Below, in pieces: positions 12,480 through 22,892 of a DNA stretch of 45,322 nucleotides. This stretch comes from Nemertoderma westbladi (Eukaryota; Animalia; Xenacoelomorpha). The stretch covers positions 1 through 45,322 of the forward strand of contig JAUCBJ010003499.1 in assembly GCA_032718475.1 (NCBI GenBank), written 5' to 3'. Position numbers and translations under genes: made by a program. Within the stretch, counting starts at the first letter, position 1. Every line of letters begins with the position of its first letter. The notes below the pieces were generated by a model that was not told the origin of the DNA, did not search any database, and saw nothing but the letters and a program-made list of their open reading frames with translations.

Positions 12480-12620
12480 TAGGCTCATTCGATATGGTAG
12501 TAGGCGTATTCGAACTGGTAGTAGGTTCATTTAATCACGTATTTAGGCTCATTCGATCTGGTAGTAGGTTCATTTGATCTGGTAGTAGGCTCACTCGATC
12601 TGGTAGTAGGCTCATTTGAT
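12480..12620. repeat. 21-bp minisatellite, right arm (about 6-7 units)
   Basis: Same unit and orientation as 7340-8514. Confidence 0.95.
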
Positions 12621-13062
12621 CACGTCCGATCACATTCGATCCGCAATTATTAATTTTTATGCAATGGTAGACGCTATTGAATCAAAAAGTTATCGAGTAC
12701 CGTTAGTTATGGAGACATTGTGTAAAAGGTTTGAGCCGCTGATTGACATAGTAAGAACATCTATATGCGATATCAGACATTTCATTTAACATAATACTTA
12801 CGATTATTGCCTCACTCCATTCGTACTTATCGATTTATTTGAGCAGCCCCCCCCCCCCCCCCCCCCCCCCAGAAGAAGATGTCAACATATTTCACAGAAG
12901 ATGTACAGGAGGCTGCATGATTACTTTGATAGTATACTACCGGTACTGTTACATTGAATGCCAAATCACTTTCCCTGAGTTGTGACGATGTATCTATCAC
13001 CATAAAATATCATTGCATTCTGAATGAACATTCTTAATTCTGAGTATGATAGTTAGCGCAAT

Positions 13063-13433
13063 ATGTCTGACATGTTTTCTTTTAAAGACCAACCGCCAGT
13101 CTCATTACGCTCACTCACCCTTTATAAATTCACGTGCGGTAGCTGTTCCGCTACCTACATTGGCAAGTCAAAACGCCACTTTAAGGTGAGAGTGTATGAG
13201 CACTTGGCCAAGTCGGTCCGGTCCGGACAGAGAAACCTGTCAAACCCCAATCACATTCCGCGGTCCGTGATCACTCTATAGAAACGGATCACCCAATCTG
13301 CTACACTGACTTTAAACCAATAGGTAGAGCTGCATCTGACTTCGACCCACTAACCAAAGAGAGTCTGTTAATAACAGAAACCAGACCGACACTTAACATA
13401 CAGGATACATCTTTTCCACTTTATTTGTTTTAG
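13063..13433 (+). pseudogene. Penelope-like element GIY-YIG endonuclease C-terminal fragment (frameshifted)
   Basis: FKDQPP..LRS..LYKFTCGSCSATYIGKSKRHFKVRVYEH, then in another frame KESLLITETRPTLNIQDTSFPLYLF*. Confidence 0.85.
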
Positions 13434-13646
13434 AGTAATTCCTGTATTGTAGGTTCATACTGTAGGTTTTATCTAAATAGAGTTTTACTCTACGTCTAGC
13501 CTGTTACATTTTTGTATGGTTCTATTTGTACTGCTGGTGTATATTGTAATGTACCTACCTCTATATTTACTAATTCAGCTTACTTGTTATACCGTGTACC
13601 GGCCTTAGTGTATTTAGAATAATTTCTATTTTGTTTTACATATATT

Positions 13647-13685
13647 CCATTGAAAATGATATAAGTAATATATCGAAACGTCTGG
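13647..13685 (+). ncRNA. Minimal hammerhead-like motif in the Penelope 3' region (variant core)
   Basis: CCA-TTGAAAA-T-GATATA-agtaa-TATATC-GAAA-CGTC-TGG. Stems I and II are present and stem III is palindromic ACGT. The core differs from CTGANGA. Confidence 0.6.
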
Positions 13686-14100
13686 TTCAATTTAATACGA
13701 TGATTTTTCCTGTTGCACTTGCGCTACTATGAACTAGAACTTCCTTGATATCTGTATTCAACATTCTTAATATTGTTGAGGTAATCAGTTGTTTTTATTT
13801 TATCTGACACTCACTAACTCTGATACTAGCGGTTTGAATTAGCCTATTTGTATGTGAATGTTTAATCATTTCGCGGTGAAGTAAATTCAATGTTACATCA
13901 CATGAATAAATAATTGGGGTAACATACTGTACATAGACATACAGTAGTTTGTGTAATTTAATTAGAGCATGAATTGAATAGACAAGTTCAAACTTTGATG
14001 ACCTTTTGTTAAAGCCAAAATGCAAATAGCCAGGTCTTTATAATGTTTTCCTTAAATTTTAGTTAAATTTTAAATGTTTGTTAAATATATGTGAATAAAC

Positions 14101-15354
14101 TGTACGCGCTTTTGAAGACCTTTAGTAGTTTAACCCGCCAAAATTTATATGTCTTTCGGTTTATAAATAGACTTTAGAAGTTGACAAATATTTAATACCA
14201 ATAAACACAACATTAGCAGAAGCCAGCCTAGTGCGCGTCCATTAACCCGCTGGATATACCCGGGAGACTGGATTCTGAGGGCTTAGATTATTATTGCAGT
14301 GCAAGCTTACTGTATTATTCGATTGATCGTTAATAAATAATTTCTGACTAATATTATTCACTTTCGGGAAATATTAACAGTTCCTTTAGGACGTGGCGCT
14401 CTATCTAGGTAAACAGAGATATGACTTATACTAATCACAACGGTAAGTCGGTAAGGCTTATGATTCACGTATGAGGCGCATTCTTTAGGAAATGCTTAGT
14501 TATCAGTCACAATCAGGCACACTACCGGTAACACACAATACTGCTCACTAATTTGCCGACCGTCAATGAATTTTATCATATATAAAGAGAACAGCAACGG
14601 ACTCATGTAGTGCTTATCAAATAGCATTAAATTCACTACAAACCACAATAATATAAGTCGCAATCGCTATATATAACCCGTCTCTCTAACCTGTAGTGTA
14701 TCAAGAAAATTGGGAAATTTGGGTTCTTTATAAATGTTCTCCAAATAATATTCAACCAAAACACAACAGTAAATAGCAGTATAATAATGTATGTTGAACC
14801 GATAATGCAAGACTGAACTGAGTTGCACCGATTGATATGGACCGATAACAGTTATACGCTCTATAATTTAAGCCTACTAATGTTTCTTCTAAAGTATGAA
14901 AACGAATTGACTCTAGAGCCGGTGTTCCTGGCCTAGATAGCAACAACACAACAGTATCACAAAAAACAGTAAGACTGAACACTCCTAGTATCATCGGCCG
15001 AATATCTACACGTCGACAGAAAATATCGCTCTGATTGGCTCAAGCCAAACAAAGAACCATGCGTCCAATGGCTGTTTCCATGCCAGCAACCAGCTGCTAG
15101 ATGTCGCAATCTGAATCATCAAGGCCAAGCCGTGTAAAGGTATTTGGTGCATTGCGGGTTTTTTGCCTTACCATGTCCACCAAAGCACGTATATAGAAGA
15201 ATGACTTTTATGTCCGTTAAAACACCTGTAACGGTACCTTGCGGGCGAGGGGAATATATATACAGTTAGAGTACCTTTTAGAGTATTCCAGCGCCTGGGG
15301 GGAAACTGGATTGCGAAGCAAAGGGGCCAGTTATATCCCACAGAAGCTTTTACA
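14101..15354 (-). repeat. 3' LTR (1254 bp)
   Basis: Matches 27590-28849 with about 8 substitutions (counted by eye) and one 6-bp indel. The purine-rich GGGAGCGG (minus strand, 15355-15362) abuts it as a polypurine tract. Confidence 0.96.
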
Positions 15355-15432
15355 CCGCTCCCAGAAAATGGGATTTGAGTCTATAAAATATACAAAATCA
15401 CAGTTTCTAATATACATAAATACTCTAAACAG

Positions 15433-16881
15433 TTAGTCTTTCTTGCGCGGACGGCGTTTACGCAGTTTTTTAAAGCTAGCCAGAGTCCTTTTCTCTTTGG
15501 GGCGAGCCACTTTACAAGGAGGGCTATAACTCCTGGGTGAAGGGTGCAATATGATTGCATCAGAGGGTGTAGGATTATGGTCGGTGTATCCGCCAGTCGA
15601 AGTACCGGGTTGATTGACATCAACGTCGGGGGAGAGGGGTCTAACGGCTTTGAGAGCTCGTTTTAAGACAGCCGCTCTTACGGGTCCTTTACGAGTGGTC
15701 TGAACGAGAGCCGTGGGTGGACCATAGGCAGTTAGAAACCTCCGGGGTTTAATGGTTCTTTCCAACTCGCGTTCGCAGGCTTGGTATTCATAAGGCCGTC
15801 GATGTACTTCCTGTAACTCGGGGTGTGAGTTAACAAATAAGTCTCCATAGTCCGGATCCTGACGGATGTAATTGATTAAGTTATAGGAATGAAGGTCGCT
15901 AGGATTAACACTCCTGAGAAATTTGCGTACGAATTTGGTTGAAATACATTCTCCGACGCGCTTCAGTAGCTCGTAACTCGATATGCGTGATTTCTGTTCG
16001 ACCGAAGCGAATAGATAAGGATGTAACGCATAAACTCCTTCGTAAGCGCGTCCGGGATAATAGCGATGGCGCGAATCACAATGCAAACCAGCGTTCGCTT
16101 CCCAAGCTCTGATGTAACGTAGTGTGATCATTTCATCTACGCTTTCCAAATCGTGATTAAAAGGGCAATCGAAACTGGCGTGTCCCTTTAGTTGACAATG
16201 GTGACATTGAGTCATAAATTGAGGGCAAACCGCAAAAACGTGCAAGTTATCGAGTCTGCAATACGCACAATAAATCCCCATCACCAGCTGTTCGTGGAAA
16301 TAGGAACAGCGGACGTTTGTGTCCATGGGCGTAACATGGTCTCTCGATGCGCATAACCGACAACGTTGCCGAGAAACATAGTTGGCATGGCGATAATTGT
16401 ACGCAGTGAGACACTGTGGACCTTGATACCATTCTAGGATGTAATCGTTGTCGCTGTTCCGGGCGCGATAGGCTGAATCTCCTCAGATTCTAGGCATATT
16501 GGTTCGTCTTCCCAGTCTGTTACGAATAGAATTTTCGTGATCTATTTTCGGTTTATCGTTACGACTCCGCTGGGTATGATATTTAAATAGAACCATTTCC
16601 CTTTTGGTGTCTACATCGTCCGTATCATGTAAATCGATAGGATGGCCAGTAGTTAGGAAGTCCATATACGTACCATTACGATGCGTATAGCGAGCGGTGA
16701 ATTTTCGATAGTCCAATTCACGCGTAAGTTGCTCTTGGGACATCGGCGGTTCGATATAACGACCATCATCCTCCGTAATGGTTGGATCGGCTTCACCGCG
16801 TATCAAGCTATCCACAAATGCTTGTAAAGGTAGAGTATATCGCTCCCTAATACCAAGATCATCTTCTATCAACTCCGTCAT
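15433..16881 (-). CDS. Accessory ORF of the BEL/Pao element, ~482 codons with one internal TGA (16483-16485); three zinc-knuckle-like motifs and a basic C-terminus
   Basis: The 132-aa and 297-aa ORFs share a frame. The 52 codons between them are open (GDSAYRARNSDNDYILEWYQGPQCLTAYNYRHANYVSRQRCRLCASRDHVTP). Motifs: CRLC..H..C, CAYC..H..C, CHHCQLKGHASFDC. Ends KKLRKRRPRKKD. Confidence 0.75.
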
Positions 16882-17699
16882 ATCTGTTATCTGAGTTTAT
16901 TAATATCAAATAAGTTTATATTTAGGCGAGCGGGCGTCGCTGCCTACTTCTCTTTGCCCCCGGACAGTGGGATTCTCAGCGCCGATGTACCGTCGTCGCG
17001 GTGTTTACGCCAACATGTAGCAACAGCACGACAACGATAACCGGCACAAGTCACTCCACTGTCCGTCCCAAAGGCTTGGATCCACTTAGGTTCTTTCTAT
17101 AGGAGAGTTGGGCTACTTTTACAATTGCGACTAGCTACTGTAAACATACTTTAGCAGTAACATTCACCTATAAATGCACAAATTCCACACAACTGTCACC
17201 AACTGCACACATACAGGCCATTTGTCCGTTAGTCAGTGCCTTCCAGAATGTCACGTTATTACTGTGTATCCTTGGATACTAGCAGTGTGCTATATTCTCT
17301 ATGCTATGCAATGGGACAAGATTTCTATTGTTCTTTTAACTTTGCTTCTAATTCTAGCGTGGGTGTTGCTATGGTGACATTATGGAATGCTAGCGGTAGA
17401 ATTAGGGTAATTCTCATGCATACAGATCTGGGATGCTATTTAATAATAATTCTTTAATTGTCAATATCCTCTTTATGCATGATTTTATTAATTTTATCGG
17501 CTATTGACTATATGTTGGAGATTCTCGCACTCTAATACACTCAATAGGATGAATCTCCGCTCCCATGATCTATTAATTAATGGAATTTTGGGAATGTTAT
17601 AAATTGTACAAAATGACAATTTATGAAATTCATTTAAAATATGAATTTAAATTTATTCCCGTGAATTTTATTATTTGATGTTAAAATTGACACAATTTG

Positions 17700-17960
17700 A
17701 TTCCAGAGCAGGTCTGGGGACATAGGATCCTTAATTCTATGAAATTTGTCTTTTAAGAGTATCGGTAAGTGCTACGATATCTTAATCGACTAGAATTGTT
17801 AACGGATCTGAATTTTACAGATTTTAATAAATATTAAATTAATATTTAAGATGGGCACCGATTTATTCCAGAGCTTGTCTGGGGACGTTAACCACTGATT
17901 CTAGAATTTGTCTTTCAAGTATATCGGTGGGTGCCGCGATATCTTAATCGACAAGAATTA
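17700..17960. repeat. Diverged direct duplication (~95-bp core, ~166-bp spacing) in the post-integrase non-coding region
   Basis: TTCCAGAGC..GTCTGGGGAC...AATTTGTCTTT...TATCGGT...CGATATCTTAATCGAC.AGAATT at ~17701 and ~17867. Confidence 0.85.
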
Positions 17961-18477
17961 CAGATGGTCAAAAGGTTTAACAGATTTATTTGCGTTTTAT
18001 GCTACTGTTAGAAGGACATCACGCTACTATATGTATTATTTAATATAGGGTAGAAGAGCAATATCGCATGAAGCAATGTCAGTGTGAAGAGGCAAGTCGT
18101 TTCCAAGGTCTACCCAGAGCTTGGTTTAGCCGAGACACGAGGATCTGAACTTTGCATTCCTAATACTCTGCCTACCAATAATACTTGAATATAGTAGTGG
18201 CTTTATTGTACTTTAAGAAGTACGGACATTTCATCTTACTGTAGTCACGTATTTATAATATGATACGGACAGTAAGGAAAGAGAAAAAATTATTTCTCGC
18301 CGTCGCACTAAATATATATTATAAGTAATTACGTACGTAATAAACACTAATATATTGCACTAATCTACTAAATAAAATTGAATAAAAACGATTATAATAA
18401 AGTACATAATAAAGTTCGCATATAAAAATATAATAAAATAGATAAAACAATATAGTCATACACCCACTCCAGACGTA

Positions 18478-20736
18478 TCACGTTGGGGAGTCCCTAGATG
18501 TTTGAGGAATTAGGGAGGTGGTCGTGGGAAGAGTGTCTTGCCTTCCATAGTTTCCGGAGAGTTCTCTGTCTCTTTCCAGTAAACATAAACGACCAACTGG
18601 GCGATTGAGTTGTTGCGTCTCAAAGATTATGCCTGGCTTCTTGAAGTTACGCCGCATGACGATGAGTTCTACTGAGCGTACTAAACCATCATCCGAGATG
18701 TGGGTCTCGATGATACGACCTGTCTGCCACCGTTTACGTGGGAGGTCTGGATCTACAATAAGCACCATATCTCCGGCGCTGACGTTTTCTTGCTGCGCAA
18801 ACCACTTAGTTCGAAGTTGTAGCATGGGCAGATAATGTTTCTCGAAATGGTCAGCGAAACGATGGGATAGCAACTGCATAAGTTGCCAAGTTCGACGGCA
18901 GTATTCGTCTCCGTCGGCAATCTCCGATCGTGGGAGCATGGCTACAGGTTTCTTCAGTAGGAAGTGCGCGGGCATTAGAGCTTCCAAGGAATCGGGACTC
19001 GATGAGACTGGCATAAGCGGTCTCTCGTTGAGATAGGCAGCGATTTCCTCCATTAATGTCCGCAAAAGTTCGTCGGTGAGATACGCGCGGCATGGCACTA
19101 TAAAGTGAAATGCGGTTTTGACACTTCGAATTAATCTCTCCCAACTTCCTCCCCACCAAGGGGCGTCGGCGGCGTTGAAGGTCCAGCTAGACGCTGTTAT
19201 CCTTAGCTGGTCGTCCACCTGTCTTTGGTTCCAGTCCTTCACGTAAGCCTGTATTTCGTTGTTGGCACCAATGAAGTTCGTTCCCTTATCCGATCTCATG
19301 GTATTACTCGTCCCGAAGCGAGCGATCTGTCGTCGTAAACTTAAGACGAAGCTGTTGGTAGATAGATCGTTCACCATATCGAGATGGATGGCTCTACAAG
19401 TCATGCACACGAAGATGACACACCATCTCTTGACTATAGTCCTAGCACGATATACTTCAATAGGGCCAAATAAATCTACACCAGTATTAGTAAAAGGTGG
19501 TTCATAGAAGCTTACTCGTTCCCTAGGTAGTTCTGCCTCTCGCTGTGTTAAAGGCCTACTGAATGCTTTCCTACAGGGTATGCAGTTCCTAAGAACTTGG
19601 TTCAGAGCTCTACGGGGTTTATCAAAATAATAGCGAGTTCGAATTTCGCTAAGAATTCGTTCTCTACCAGCATGATAAAGTTTACTGTGAACATCTACAA
19701 TCATCTTGATTTGTACTTCAAGATTTCTAATAAGTATGGGGAATTTGGTGTCAAAGGATAAGGGCGCATTGGTGAGTCTTCCTCCAACACGTATTAGCCC
19801 ATCTATCATTGTGCTCGAGAATCGATCCCTTAAGCGCATCTGCGGATTTCTCAACAACAGGAAATACTTTTCGGAATCCTCATAGCATTGCAGGAGTCTC
19901 AGTATCTGCTTATTGGTTTCTTCATGCTCCTGGTGACTAATTTTCTCCTTGAGAAAACGGTCAGATGTCTTATATTTGGGTAAATTTTTAATAACATGAA
20001 CTTGTGCAGATGTCAAAGGAGCGTTATCACTAGTGGTCTTCGTCCTGGAGTAGTGATGATGAAAACATCGTCTTAAATATGTGACGGCTTTACAGAGCCG
20101 ATTCCAGGAACTGTAATGATGCATTGCTCTCTGCAGCATGGGTGAGATTCCTTGCGAGACGTCTGGTATTCCAGATTTCCAATCTCTATCTCTAATTTCC
20201 ACAACAGACTTATTTGTGTTGAGGGATTGTGGATCCGAAGCATCATTCCTGGAAGTATGTAATACAGATAGATCGATAGTCGGTTTAAATAACTTCGATT
20301 TACTCGCCCGGGTTTTAGGTTTGACTGTCTCCGCTCCCTTGGCTTGTCTAATCTCTGCCGTAGTAAGGTGAGGAGGCCATTCATCCTCTTCCTTGCTCAG
20401 GAAGTCGGGTCCACCCAACCAATCTGGAGTATCTATCAGTTCCTGTGGAGTTGCTCCCCTGGAGGCGATATCGGCTGGATTAATCGTACCTGGGCAATGT
20501 CTCCATTGATCTATCTTTGTGCGACTAAGAATAATAGCTACTCTGTTAGTAACAAAAACGCTGAACTGACAGACTTCATTGGTTAGATACTCCAACACGA
20601 GTAAAGCGTCGGTCCAATAAACCGTTTTCTCCAGTGGATAGTCGATTTGTTCCGTTACGTTCCGGCCGATGGCTGTAGCGTATAAAGCCGCCTTTAACTC
20701 CGCTCGAGGAACCTTTAACTTGTCAATAACTTGCAA
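18478..20736 (-). CDS. BEL/Pao pol C-terminal part: partial RNase H (Pao A17-type region), HHCC zinc finger, DDE integrase, C-terminal domain
   Basis: VPRAELKAA, YWTD, WRHCPGTINPADIASRG; HSKLYH..CIPC; GVDLFGP, RSDKGTNF, PWWGGSWERLIRSVK; DGLVRSV. Confidence 0.93.
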   Translation of the reverse strand: MQVIDKLKVPRAELKAALYATAIGRNVTEQIDYPLEKTVYWTDALLVLEYLTNEVCQFSVFVTNRVAIILSRTKIDQWRHCPGTINPADIASRGATPQELIDTPDWLGGPDFLSKEEDEWPPHLTTAEIRQAKGAETVKPKTRASKSKLFKPTIDLSVLHTSRNDASDPQSLNTNKSVVEIRDRDWKSGIPDVSQGISPMLQRAMHHYSSWNRLCKAVTYLRRCFHHHYSRTKTTSDNAPLTSAQVHVIKNLPKYKTSDRFLKEKISHQEHEETNKQILRLLQCYEDSEKYFLLLRNPQMRLRDRFSSTMIDGLIRVGGRLTNAPLSFDTKFPILIRNLEVQIKMIVDVHSKLYHAGRERILSEIRTRYYFDKPRRALNQVLRNCIPCRKAFSRPLTQREAELPRERVSFYEPPFTNTGVDLFGPIEVYRARTIVKRWCVIFVCMTCRAIHLDMVNDLSTNSFVLSLRRQIARFGTSNTMRSDKGTNFIGANNEIQAYVKDWNQRQVDDQLRITASSWTFNAADAPWWGGSWERLIRSVKTAFHFIVPCRAYLTDELLRTLMEEIAAYLNERPLMPVSSSPDSLEALMPAHFLLKKPVAMLPRSEIADGDEYCRRTWQLMQLLSHRFADHFEKHYLPMLQLRTKWFAQQENVSAGDMVLIVDPDLPRKRWQTGRIIETHISDDGLVRSVELIVMRRNFKKPGIIFETQQLNRPVGRLCLLERDRELSGNYGRQDTLPTTTSLIPQTSRDSPT

Positions 20737-21183
20737 TCAATATAACTGGGCTAATAAATCCCAATGGGTCGAAATAAGTGCTCAGGATACTTAAACAAAT
20801 CCGTTTGGTCCGAACTGGATTATCTCGCTGTTTCAACTGAAAAAACAGGATGTCTCTTTCAGTGTCCCACTTCAAGCCTAGCGTCTTGGTTTCAGGAAGA
20901 TCGTCCTTTATTAAGTCTAGGTCTTTCGCTCTGCGATCTTCTACCGGTATGGCTTCCAGAAACTCACGGGAGTTGCTAGTGAATTTCGTCAGTCGAAATC
21001 CACCTCTTTTCAAACACTCTACCGTTCCTTTCGCGACAGCTATGGCTTCTTCTACTGATGGAAGGGACCTTAAATTGTCGTCCATGTATATATTGCGTTT
21101 TATGTTGTCTATCACTTCTTTTGAGAAGGAGTCTCGGTTGTCATTCGCAGTGGTTCGCACAGGTTTGCAGTGGCTGCGGTTGA
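20723..21183 (-). pseudogene. BEL/Pao RT remnant (C-terminal half only)
   Basis: NIYMDD, GGFRLTKFTSNS, KTLGLKWD, YFDPLGFISP. The upstream RT motifs are absent. Confidence 0.88.
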
Positions 21184-22892
21184 GCAGGCCGTTTCTCTAA
21201 TGTTTCGAGCGCCTCGTGCGCGTTTTGGCCGATGAGTATTTGCACTCCAGGATAATCTGTCTGGAATCGAGGTATCTTAAGATGTTGGATGCTCTCATCC
21301 TCGTCCCAATTATAAAGGTCTGCTTGAGTAGTAGCGAAGTTCTTTATAGCCACCATTTTTACCGACCTTATACCTTGTGCTCCTAACTTATCCTGGGGGG
21401 TGGACAACACACCTACATAGTAATCTGCCGTTAGGGTAGATTTCCAAACCTGCATAATTCCTGACATATTCAATTTAGTCCGGAATTTGGGTTGTCCAGC
21501 AAAGATATCTTCGGCTAATTCTTGATCGATGAATGTTCCTGTGCTGCCGGAGTCAAGGAGTGCGTTCACTATGTAACTGTGGTTAGGACCGTGAACTCTT
21601 ACCTGCACTACAGGAAATTCTCTGATTCCTACGTTGGAAGTTGGAGCTTTCCAAGATGGTTGTTTGGCAAAAGTAGTTGGGGGAAACTCATTGTTGGTGT
21701 CCTTTTCATAAGTAAGTGCTCGATACACTGCGGTATTGATTAGATAACAGGATTCGTTGGCGTCGGAGAATTCGTCAGTATAGAATCCTTCCATCTCAGA
21801 CTCCTGATCAGTGTCATTTACATCACTGAATTGGACATGTAGTTCGGGCTCACTTACCTGACTCTGCTTGTCTCGTTCGAACTCACTGTGTAACAAGATG
21901 TGATGTTTCGCGCCACACTTTGCACACTTTATGTCGGAGTAACAGGTTCGCCGTTGGTGTCCTGGTTTGAGGCAATTATAGCATAACCGCTTGTCCCACA
22001 CAACTGCACGTCTGTCTACAAGGGATTTCTTTAGAAATTCAGCACACGCACTCAAACGGTGGGTCCCGTCGCACAGCGCACAGTTAGGTTTTATGTTACT
22101 CACTTTACCTTGGGTAACTTGATGCACTCTCGTTTTTTCTTCGGGTTTTCTTCGGTGCATTCTGTTAGGAGACTGAGGGGGGGTCTTGGCAACCTGTTCT
22201 CTCCTATCGTTGTTTCGAGCCTTGTATTTACTTACATCTTTTGAGGTTTTGTCAACGTAGTAAGATCTCTCAGTGTCTTTCCCGCTGTCCTCTTCTTGAG
22301 AAGCTTGGCTTTCGCCGTCGTCAGTGTAACACACCGGTGTTACTCTTCTCCTAGAAGCGGGTTTCTCACTTACCTTATTTTCCGATGTTTTCTCTCTGGA
22401 CTGCTTGATGAGTTGTAGTTTTACCTCACCATCTAAGAAGGACATGAGATCAGCCATGGTAGGACTTCGTCGTTGTTGTTCATTCATGTACAACACTTTC
22501 TTGTCCCAACGCGTACATACTCCACCCTTTGGTAAAGTAGAGACTACTGCTCCAATAACCATGGAACTCTGATATTCATGAGACTTACCTAACCAGTCCA
22601 ATTGTCTACAGATCTCCTGAATCTCATCGGAAAACTCTATAATCCCGCTACTAAGGAAGTGTCGGGGGGCTACTAATTTTGCATACAAATACTTAGCTAT
22701 GTTATCCTTGTTACCATACCTGATGTTTAATGTATCCCAAACTTGTCTTAATCCTTCTGGATGTCCAATAAACTTTAACGCCATTAACTTGGGAGGTCCT
22801 TCCAAGCACTTGATGAGGAACCTAAGTTTCTCTCCGTTAGATAGTATGTATGCTGTATGCTGTCTTTGTAATATTCGTTGAAAGGTAACCAT
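21141..22892 (-). CDS. BEL/Pao gag C-terminal part (three CCHC knuckles) plus aspartic protease
   Basis: EKLRFLIKCLEG; CALCDGTHRLSAC, CYNCLKPGHQRRTC, CAKCGAKHHILLH; ALLDSGS; ILIG. Joined to the upstream ORF by a frameshift near 22845. Confidence 0.92.
   Translation of the reverse strand: MVTFQRILQRQHTAYILSNGEKLRFLIKCLEGPPKLMALKFIGHPEGLRQVWDTLNIRYGNKDNIAKYLYAKLVAPRHFLSSGIIEFSDEIQEICRQLDWLGKSHEYQSSMVIGAVVSTLPKGGVCTRWDKKVLYMNEQQRRSPTMADLMSFLDGEVKLQLIKQSREKTSENKVSEKPASRRRVTPVCYTDDGESQASQEEDSGKDTERSYYVDKTSKDVSKYKARNNDRREQVAKTPPQSPNRMHRRKPEEKTRVHQVTQGKVSNIKPNCALCDGTHRLSACAEFLKKSLVDRRAVVWDKRLCYNCLKPGHQRRTCYSDIKCAKCGAKHHILLHSEFERDKQSQVSEPELHVQFSDVNDTDQESEMEGFYTDEFSDANESCYLINTAVYRALTYEKDTNNEFPPTTFAKQPSWKAPTSNVGIREFPVVQVRVHGPNHSYIVNALLDSGSTGTFIDQELAEDIFAGQPKFRTKLNMSGIMQVWKSTLTADYYVGVLSTPQDKLGAQGIRSVKMVAIKNFATTQADLYNWDEDESIQHLKIPRFQTDYPGVQILIGQNAHEALETLEKRPAQPQPLQTCANHCE

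Noticed and set aside
8764-12577. Plus-strand ORFs of 61-201 aa
   Set aside because: Antisense shadows of the GC-rich CRE-like ORF.
12847-12870. Poly-C/G tracts (also ~6642, ~31346, ~32632)
   Set aside because: Common inside invertebrate non-autonomous repeats; nothing supports a specific function.
14752-14994. 80-aa ORF, duplicated at 28241-28483
   Set aside because: Lies in the LTRs, has a non-ATG start and no motifs; the duplication is just the LTR pair.
16247-16432. 61-aa Cys-rich ORF as a separate gene
   Set aside because: Alternate frame overlapping the continuous accessory ORF.
17174-17457. Hydrophobic ORFs as an env remnant
   Set aside because: Short, antisense to the element, and without glycoprotein features.
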